This document shows, one piece after another, positions 7,256-13,551 of a stretch of 33,945 bases of DNA. Both the position numbers and the translations under genes were made by a program. Under the pieces are notes generated by a model that worked only from the letters and a program-made list of their open reading frames with translations, was not told the DNA's origin and searched no databases. Position 1 is the stretch's first letter; each line of letters starts with the position of its first letter. This stretch comes from Acetobacteraceae bacterium (GTDB lineage: Bacteria > Pseudomonadota > Alphaproteobacteria > Acetobacterales > Acetobacteraceae): NCBI GenBank assembly GCA_020853405.1, contig JADYYZ010000336.1:1-33945 (forward strand), written 5' to 3'.

Positions 7256-10200
7256 ATGGCCACCGCCACCGCACATACGCCTGTCGCCAACGATGTCACC
7301 CGGGCGGTCGAGGGCAACCAGAAGTGGAGCACCACGACCCTCTCCTATGCCTATGCCGGGGCGGCCGACGCGGCGTTCATGACCGCCGATCTCACGGCCA
7401 AGGGACTTGCGGCCTTTCCCTACAAGGTGCTCGATGCCGGCGGCAGCACCGACGTGTTCCGAAACATGACGCAATGGGCGATGTCGCAGGCCTCGCGCGT
7501 CGCCAATATCGACTTCACCGCGGCCGCCGACTTTGCCAGCGCCGATGTCAAGATCTCAGGCATCCAAGGGCTGAGCTACACCGGCCAGGCCGACTTCCCC
7601 GGCACCAACGCCAAGGTCGGCGGCGGGGACGAGACGGTGGTCGTGCTGCTGACCCACAATGCTGACGGCACGCCCTATTTCGCGGCAGCCCTGCCCGGCG
7701 CGGCCGGGGAATCCGGCTTCTCGCGCTACATCGCGATGCACGAGTTCGGCCACGCCATTGGCCTCGGCCATCCGCACGACACCGGCAACGGCACCACCGC
7801 CATCGCCGCGGTGGCCGCGACCAGCAGCGACGACCCGCTCGACAATGACCGCTACACGGTCATGTCCTACGAGTTCGGCGGCTCCAACGCCTCGAACTTC
7901 CAGGCCTTCGGCAACGCCGCCAGCTACTCGGCGCTCGACATCAAGGCGCTGCAGGATCTCTACGGCTCGCGCGCGGCCAATACCGGCGCCAGCAGCTACG
8001 CCCTGCGCGATGCCGGCGGCGGCGGCACGCTCACCGGCGAGGCCGTGGCGATCTCGCGGTCGTTCTACACGATCTGGGACACGGCAGGGACCGACGCGAT
8101 GGTCTATGCCGGCGCCAACCGCGTGGTGCTGAACCTCAACGACGCCACGCTCGACCGCACCGACGATGCCACCACCACCGAATGGCTCGACATCCTGACC
8201 AGCACGCCGACCTACGCGGCGCTGCCCGACGAGATCAAGAAGGACCTGATGCTGCCGAGCTACCATGCCGGCGGCTTCATCTCCCGCGTGTTCGACATCT
8301 CGGGCAACGTGCAGCTCGGCGGCTATACCATCGCCAATGGCGTCACCATCGAGAATGCCGCCGGCGGCACCGGCGACGACGTGATCATCGGCAACGAGGC
8401 CGACAACTCCCTGCTCGGCGATGCCGGCAATGACATGATGATGGGTGCGGCCGGCAACGATACCATCAACGGCGATGCCGGCGACGACATCCTCGTCGGC
8501 GGCAGCGGCAACGACACGCTGAACGGCGGCGAGGGCCAGGATCTCGCCATCTTCAGCGATATTTGCGCCAACTACGACATCACCCGTGACGACAGCACCG
8601 GCGTGATCACGGTCAAGCACGTGCGTGGCTCCGGCGCCGACGGCACGGACACGCTGGCCGGCGTGGAGAAGGCGCTGTTCAAGGGCTCGACCGTCGACCT
8701 CACCGCCACTCCGCTGGGGTGCCCGCCGATCGACTTCATCTTCCTGGTCGATCTGTCCGGGTCGTACTCCGACGACCTCAGCCGCTTCCAGGCCCAGGCG
8801 CGCGAGATGGCGGCGGCGGTGCGCAGCCTGGATCCCGAGTCGCGGTTCGCGCTGGCCTCCTTCGTTGACCGGCCGGTGTCGCCCTGGGGCTCGACCGGCG
8901 ACTACCTCTACAAGCCGGAACTGGCGCTGACCGACAGCATTCCGGCCTTCGAATCGGCGCTGGGCGGGCTCACCATCTTCAGCGGCAACGACTACCCCGA
9001 GGCCCAGTTCGTCGGCCTGTGGCGCGCCGCCAATGGCTACGGCCTCAACCTGCGCCCCGATTCGCAGAAGATCATCCTGCTCGCCACCGATGCGCCGCCG
9101 CACTCGGCGTCCGATTACGGCCTCAGCGAAGCGACGATCAGTGACTTCCTTGCCAAGGAAGGCATCATCGGCATCGCCTCCAGCGCAACGGCGGATGCCA
9201 CCGCCGCGGCGCCCAGCGACACCACCGTCAGTGCCGGCGACGGCGGCCTCGCCAAATCCGATGTCGAAACCTCCGTCGGGTACGATGTGGATCCCGGCAA
9301 TCCCGATACCCGCGACGTGCTGACCCGGCTGCTCGATACGCTGATGGCCTCGCGCGGTGTCCAGCCGATCTTCGCCGTCACTTCGAGCGTGACCAGCACC
9401 TACTCCGCCTTCAACACCTCTTTCGGCCGTGGCACCACGGTGCCGATCGACAGCAGCAGCAGCGACATCGCCGACTCGCTGCGCCTTGCCCTTGCCGAAC
9501 TCTACGGCGATGTGACCGCCAGGGGTGACAATTCCGACAACATCCTGATCGGCACGCCGGACCGCGACAGGATGTACGGCCTGGGTGGCAAGGACCGCAT
9601 CGAGGGCCGCGAGGAAAACGACACCATCGACGGCGGCAACGGCGACGACCTGCTCTACGGCCAGGAGGGCGACGACCTCATCGAGGGCGGCGGCGGCAAC
9701 GACTTCATACATGGCGATCTCGGCCTGAGCGGGCCCAGCGGTGACGGCAACGACACGCTGCGCGGCGGCCTCGGCAGCGACTTCATCATCGGCGGCGGGG
9801 GCAACGATACGCTCGACGCCGGCGCCGATGGCGGGGCGGCCGACTACCTGTTCGGCGGCACCGGCAACGATACCTATATCGTCAACGGCGTGACCGACCT
9901 GGTCTACGAGGGCGACCTCATCGCGGGGTTTGAGGGTGGTGCCGGAGACTTCGACACCATCATCTCCACCGGTGAGGTCTTCCGCGACTACTACTCGGTG
10001 GGCGAGAAACTGATCATCGCCGAGGCTGCCAATGTCGATTTCCCCGATGGCACCTACATCATTGGCGGCGCGGGCATGGCGCACACCGAGATCGTGGGCA
10101 ACAGCGGCGCCAACTTCATCCTGGCCTATGGGGGCGACAACACCATCAAGTCGGGCGGTGGCGACGACTCGATCTCGCTCAGCCTCTACGACCTTGATGC

Positions 10201-10483
10201 GTCGGCCAACGGGGTGAACACCGTCGTGATGCAGGCCGGCACGGGCCGCGACTTCATCTATGATTTCGAGAGCGGCATCGACAAGGTCGACGTCTCCGCC
10301 TTCGGGCTCGACGCCGCCGGCCTGTTCGGCACCGGCGTCGATGTGGCCGCGGCGGGCGGCAACGCGGCCTACTGCTACTTCTACCTGGGAGAGACCAGCG
10401 GCACCTTCAACTACGTCGCCTTCGTCGATCGCAGCACCTCGCAGATCGCGGCGAACGACTTCATCTACACCTCCGCGGCCTGA
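7256..10483 (+). CDS. Serralysin-type (M10B) zinc metalloprotease / RTX calcium-binding protein with an inserted integrin-beta-like VWA domain; probable type I secretion substrate
   Basis: This is ORF 7256..10483, preceded by GGGAGGAATTCCA-ATG.
- The metzincin signature HEFGHAIGLGHPHD is at aa 162-175 (nt 7739-7780).
- The Met-turn is YTVMSY (aa 200-205).
- The sequence is colinear with serralysin blocks: LSYAY, ANIDF, ALDIKALQDLYG, FYTIWDTAGTD and GVTIENAAGGTGDDVIIGN.
- There are two blocks of GGxGxD nonapeptide repeats.
- The C-terminal GRDFIYDFESGIDKVDVSAFG matches the serralysin/T1SS C-terminal motif.
- There is no N-terminal signal peptide. Confidence 0.95.
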   Translation: MATATAHTPVANDVTRAVEGNQKWSTTTLSYAYAGAADAAFMTADLTAKGLAAFPYKVLDAGGSTDVFRNMTQWAMSQASRVANIDFTAAADFASADVKISGIQGLSYTGQADFPGTNAKVGGGDETVVVLLTHNADGTPYFAAALPGAAGESGFSRYIAMHEFGHAIGLGHPHDTGNGTTAIAAVAATSSDDPLDNDRYTVMSYEFGGSNASNFQAFGNAASYSALDIKALQDLYGSRAANTGASSYALRDAGGGGTLTGEAVAISRSFYTIWDTAGTDAMVYAGANRVVLNLNDATLDRTDDATTTEWLDILTSTPTYAALPDEIKKDLMLPSYHAGGFISRVFDISGNVQLGGYTIANGVTIENAAGGTGDDVIIGNEADNSLLGDAGNDMMMGAAGNDTINGDAGDDILVGGSGNDTLNGGEGQDLAIFSDICANYDITRDDSTGVITVKHVRGSGADGTDTLAGVEKALFKGSTVDLTATPLGCPPIDFIFLVDLSGSYSDDLSRFQAQAREMAAAVRSLDPESRFALASFVDRPVSPWGSTGDYLYKPELALTDSIPAFESALGGLTIFSGNDYPEAQFVGLWRAANGYGLNLRPDSQKIILLATDAPPHSASDYGLSEATISDFLAKEGIIGIASSATADATAAAPSDTTVSAGDGGLAKSDVETSVGYDVDPGNPDTRDVLTRLLDTLMASRGVQPIFAVTSSVTSTYSAFNTSFGRGTTVPIDSSSSDIADSLRLALAELYGDVTARGDNSDNILIGTPDRDRMYGLGGKDRIEGREENDTIDGGNGDDLLYGQEGDDLIEGGGGNDFIHGDLGLSGPSGDGNDTLRGGLGSDFIIGGGGNDTLDAGADGGAADYLFGGTGNDTYIVNGVTDLVYEGDLIAGFEGGAGDFDTIISTGEVFRDYYSVGEKLIIAEAANVDFPDGTYIIGGAGMAHTEIVGNSGANFILAYGGDNTIKSGGGDDSISLSLYDLDASANGVNTVVMQAGTGRDFIYDFESGIDKVDVSAFGLDAAGLFGTGVDVAAAGGNAAYCYFYLGETSGTFNYVAFVDRSTSQIAANDFIYTSAA
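8363..8545 (+). repeat. RTX nonapeptide (GGxGxDxUx) repeat block 1, a coding repeat inside the protease gene
   Basis: The block covers aa 370-430: GGTGDDVIIGNEADNSLLGDAGNDMMMGAAGNDTINGDAGDDILVGGSGNDTLNGGEGQD. Confidence 0.85.
8723..9505 (+). other. Integrin beta I-like / VWA domain, a domain inside the RTX protease
   Basis: The domain covers about aa 490-750.
- PIDFIFLVDLSGSYSDDL contains the MIDAS motif DxSxS at nt 8750-8764.
- The other blocks are FALASFVDRPVSPW, NDYPEAQF, KIILLATDAPPH, QPIFAVTSSV and GRGTTVPIDSSSS.
- All blocks occur in the same order as the integrin beta I-domain blocks I recall: DLSYSMKDDL, FGAFVDKPVSPY, DAPEGGFDA, LLVFTTDA, LIFAVT and PGTTVG..DSSN. Confidence 0.75.
9524..9880 (+). 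repeat. RTX nonapeptide repeat block 2, a coding repeat inside the protease gene
   Basis: The block covers aa 757-875: ...YGLGGKDRIEGREENDTIDGGNGDDLLYGQEGDDLIEGGGGNDFIHGD...GNDTLRGGLGSDFIIGGGGNDTLDAG...LFGGTGNDTYIV. Confidence 0.85.
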
Positions 10484-10549
10484 TTCACGACGGGGCGGGC
10501 TTCGGCCCGTCCCTTCGCCGCCCACCCTTTCCCTGCCGGCAGGTACCCC

Positions 10550-11332
10550 GTGATGCTCAGCATCGTCATCCCGATGGCCGGTGCTGGCCATCGCTTTGCC
10601 GAGGCCGGCTATGCCGCGCCGAAGCCGCTGATCCCGATCCATGGCGTGCCGATGATCCGGTTGGTCATCGCCAACCTGCGACCGGCCGGCGCGCACCGCT
10701 TCATCTTCATTGTGCGGCAGGCGCAGCTCGACGGCACGCCGACACTGCGCGACCAGCTGGCCGAATGGGCGCCCGGGTGCGGCATCGCCGTGGTTCCCGG
10801 CCTGACCCAGGGCGCTGCCTGCACCGTGCTTGCCGCGCGTGCCGCCATTCCCGACGACGCGCCGATGCTGATTGCCAATTGCGACCAGTGGGTGGAAGCG
10901 CCCATCGGCGTGTTCCTCGCCGCCGCCACCGCCGGCCCGGCACCACCCGACGGCGCCATCCTCACCATGCGGGCCACCGACCCGAAATGGTCCTTCGCCC
11001 GCCGCGGCCCCGACGGGTGGGTGGCGGAGGTGGCGGAGAAGGTGCCGATCTCCAACGAGGCGACCGTCGGCCTCTACTATTTCGCCCGCGCCGGCGACTT
11101 CTTCGCCGCTGCGCTGGCGATGATCGCCGCCGAGGAGCGGGTGAACGGCGAGTTCTACGTCGCCCCGGTGTACAACCGGATGATCGCCGCCGGCGCGCGC
11201 ATCGCAGCCGTGCCGATCGGCGCCGAGGGGGCGGGGATGCACGGCCTCGGCACCCCCGCCGATCTCACCGCCTTCCTCGCCACCGCCGAATCGCATCGCG
11301 CCGCGGCCCTGGCCCGGGCCGATCGCCCGTGA
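10550..11332 (+). CDS. Sugar-phosphate nucleotidyltransferase-like / GT-A-fold protein (capsule or glycan biosynthesis type)
   Basis: This is ORF 10550..11332, starting at GTG 10550 or ATG 10553. The N-terminal IVIPMAGAGHRFAEAGYAAPKPLIPIHGVPMI is the G-rich nucleotide-binding loop of NTP-transferase-like enzymes. Later blocks are LIANCDQW, VGLYYF and GLGTPADL. Confidence 0.8.
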   Translation: MMLSIVIPMAGAGHRFAEAGYAAPKPLIPIHGVPMIRLVIANLRPAGAHRFIFIVRQAQLDGTPTLRDQLAEWAPGCGIAVVPGLTQGAACTVLAARAAIPDDAPMLIANCDQWVEAPIGVFLAAATAGPAPPDGAILTMRATDPKWSFARRGPDGWVAEVAEKVPISNEATVGLYYFARAGDFFAAALAMIAAEERVNGEFYVAPVYNRMIAAGARIAAVPIGAEGAGMHGLGTPADLTAFLATAESHRAAALARADRP

Positions 11333-11943
11333 TGATGCTCGCCCATCGCGGCTTCTGGCGCGCGCGGGCCGAGCAGAACACCATGGCCGCCTTTCGCCGC
11401 GCCTTCGAAGCCGGCCACGGCATCGAGACCGACATCCGCGATTGTGCCGGCCGCTTGGTCATCGCGCACGATCCGCCCGGACCGGATGCGCTCGGCCTCG
11501 ATGCCTTCCTCGACCTCGCGATGCGCTACGCCCATCTGCCGCTGGCCATGAACATCAAGGCCGATGGGCTGGCCGCCCGGCTCACCGGGGCGATGCGTGC
11601 GGCCGGGCTCGCCAACTGGTTCGCTTTCGACATGTCGGTGCCCGATACGCTCGCCTGGCGGGACCTGGGGGCGCCGTTCCTTACCCGCCGCAGCGAGTAC
11701 GAGCCGCCAGCCGCGCTCGATGGCGCCGCCATGGGCGTGTGGCTCGACGCGTTTCATGGCGAGTGGTGGGATGCCGGCACGGTGGAGGCGCTGCTGGCAG
11801 CGGACAAGCGGGTCGCGGTCGTCTCTCCCGAACTGCACGGCCGGACACCGGAGCCGGCCTGGGCCGTGCTGCGCAGTGTACGTCCGGACCCGGGCGCGCG
11901 GCTGCTGCTGTGCACGGACTTTCCGGACCGGGCGCGGAGCTGA
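11332..11943 (+). CDS. Glycerophosphodiester phosphodiesterase (GDPD)-family protein
   Basis: This is the terminal part of ORF 10765..11943. MMLAHRGFW...EQNTMAAFRRAFEAGHGIETDIRD..GRLVIAHD matches the GDPD HRG...ENT...E-D...HD pattern. ATG 11332 shares a base with the upstream TGA (11330-11332). An in-frame GTG at 11329 is an alternative start. Confidence 0.75.
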   Translation: MMLAHRGFWRARAEQNTMAAFRRAFEAGHGIETDIRDCAGRLVIAHDPPGPDALGLDAFLDLAMRYAHLPLAMNIKADGLAARLTGAMRAAGLANWFAFDMSVPDTLAWRDLGAPFLTRRSEYEPPAALDGAAMGVWLDAFHGEWWDAGTVEALLAADKRVAVVSPELHGRTPEPAWAVLRSVRPDPGARLLLCTDFPDRARS

Positions 11944-12149
11944 CGCACCAGACCGCGCGCCGCCGCCCGCGGCCGGTTCCACTGCCGCTCCGGCGTTTCC
12001 CGGCGCTGGCGCATCCCCTTGCGCCGTTGCTGACCGAAGTCGCTGATCCGAAGCCAGCTGGGCCGGCCGCACCGGCGTGGCCCGCGGCATCACCGGTGCC
12101 GACCGCCGAAAGCGCCGGAAGCGCCGGTATGTTCGGTCGTGGCACCATA

Positions 12150-12198
12150 CCAGCCCGCATAAAGGTTGACCCATAAAGCATGGGTCAACGCGGGCTGG
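12150..12198. repeat. Palindromic element 1 (compound hairpin) in a convergent intergenic region
   Basis: The element reads CCAGCCCGC-ataaag-GTTGACCCAT-aaagc-ATGGGTCAAC-GCGGGCTGG. The 9-bp outer and 10-bp inner arms are both perfect. The outer arms and flanks (ataCCAGCCCGC / GCGGGCTGGcat) recur in element 2. Confidence 0.5.
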
Positions 12199-12247
12199 CA
12201 TGAGTCCTTGCTTTGCGCGCGGCCACCGGCCAGCCCCGCGCGCGATA

Positions 12248-12292
12248 CCAGCCCGCGAAACGGCCGGAAGAGTCGGCCATTTCGCGGGCTGG
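12248..12292 (-). terminator. Palindromic element 2; probable intrinsic-type terminator of the phaC-ABC-MFP operon
   Basis: The element reads CCAGCCCGCGAAA-c-GGCCG-gaagagt-CGGCC-a-TTTCGCGGGCTGG. It has a perfect 13-bp outer stem plus a 5-bp inner stem. It starts 2 nt after the MFP stop codon (12295-12297). There is no clear U-tract. Confidence 0.55.
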
Positions 12293-12294
12293 CA

Positions 12295-13551
12295 TTACAT
12301 CGGCACCAGCCTGCGGGCCACGCGGGCCCCGTCGGCGAGGCCTGGTGGTGGGTAGAGCACCACCTCGGTGCCCTCGGCGGCGCCGCCGGTCACCTCGGCC
12401 AGGGTGCCGTTGTTGCGGCCGATTCCGACCTTGCGCGCCTGGGCCCGGCCATCCACCACGGCGAAGATCGCCCATCCGTCGCCGAGGCGGAACAGGGCGT
12501 TCGACGGCACGGTCAGGGCCGCCGCCGCCTCCCAGACGATGATCTGCACTTCGACACGAAATCCGTGGCCGAGGCTGGGCGGCACGGCGGCGGGGTCGGT
12601 GAACGCGATGATCACGCGGACCCGCTGCTCCTCCACGCCCAGCGCCGAGGTCTTGGTGAAGGCCCACGGCTCGATGCGCGCGACCATGCCGCGCAGGGTC
12701 TCGGTGCCGCCCCATTTGCGGATCATCACGCCATCGCCGGGCGCGACCTGAACCGCATCGGTGGACAGCAATTCCGCGACAACCTCAAGGTCGTTCGATG
12801 TGTCGCCGATCTCCAGGATCGGCGTGCCCGCCGTCACGGTGGTGGCGCTCTCCTGCAACAGCCGCAGGATCCGGCCGGAGACCGGCGCGGTCAGCGGGAT
12901 GGTGGCCTCGTCCTCCCCCCCGAGGGTCGGCGCGCCTGATCGCGCTTGCGGGTCGGCGGCGGCGAAGGAGATCAGCTGCGCGCGCTGGTTGGCCAGGTCG
13001 GCCTCGCGCATGGCGACGGTGGCGCGGGCCGCGTCGAGTGCCGCCGTGGCGCCGCGGGCCGCGCGCTCGGCCTCGTCGAACGAGGCCTCCGAGGCGACGC
13101 CGCGGCGGGCGAGCACACGCTTGCGCTGCAACTCGCCATCGGTGAAATCCTTCTCGGCGATCGCTTGCCGCAATGCGGCGCGGGCGGCGGCCACCGCGGC
13201 CTCGGCGGCGGTGATGGCGGCGCGTGCCTGCTCGCGGCTGCGCTGGTCCAGGGCCGGCGGATTGACCGGCAGCATGCGCGCCACCACCGTCCGTCCGCCC
13301 TCCACCGCGTCTCCCGGCCGGGCCGCGACGCGCAGCAGCCTTCCGTCGATCGGGGCGGAGACGACATAGGTGTTGCGCACCCGCGTGCGGGCCTCCTCGT
13401 CGATCGTCACCCGCATGTCGGCGCGCGCGACCCGGCCGATATCGACGGCCAGCGCGCGCGGCCAGAACGATGCGGCCAGCCCGCCGCCCACCAGCAGCGC
13501 CACCAGCGAAATGAGCCAGGTTCGCGAGCGCAGACGCGGCATGCGGTTCAC
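12295..13551 (-). CDS. HlyD/MacA-type periplasmic adaptor (membrane fusion protein)
   Basis: This is ORF 12295..13551. It has an N-terminal TM segment (WLISLVALLVGGGLAA), then a lipoyl-like block (VSAPIDGRLLRVAARPGDAVEGG), a long Ala/Arg coiled coil, a second lipoyl half (LTAPVSGRIL) and a beta-barrel tail. GTG 13549-13551 overlaps the permease stop as GTGA. ATG 13542 is an alternative start. Confidence 0.9.
   Translation of the reverse strand: MNRMPRLRSRTWLISLVALLVGGGLAASFWPRALAVDIGRVARADMRVTIDEEARTRVRNTYVVSAPIDGRLLRVAARPGDAVEGGRTVVARMLPVNPPALDQRSREQARAAITAAEAAVAAARAALRQAIAEKDFTDGELQRKRVLARRGVASEASFDEAERAARGATAALDAARATVAMREADLANQRAQLISFAAADPQARSGAPTLGGEDEATIPLTAPVSGRILRLLQESATTVTAGTPILEIGDTSNDLEVVAELLSTDAVQVAPGDGVMIRKWGGTETLRGMVARIEPWAFTKTSALGVEEQRVRVIIAFTDPAAVPPSLGHGFRVEVQIIVWEAAAALTVPSNALFRLGDGWAIFAVVDGRAQARKVGIGRNNGTLAEVTGGAAEGTEVVLYPPPGLADGARVARRLVPM

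Noticed and set aside
8363-9880. Periodic DNA in the RTX blocks, considered as a possible CRISPR or tandem-repeat array
   Set aside because: The 27-nt periodicity is imperfect at the DNA level. It is fully explained by GGxGxDxUx nonapeptide coding repeats within one ORF, and there is no repeat-spacer structure.
7556-11296. A 1246-aa ORF on the minus strand, the longest ORF in the window
   Set aside because: It is antisense to the RTX protease and the two following genes. Its translation is low-complexity Gly/Ala/Asp/Val/Arg with no motifs. It is the mirror of GGC/GAC-rich RTX codons. The plus-strand frames carry unmistakable metzincin, RTX, VWA, nucleotidyltransferase and GDPD signatures.
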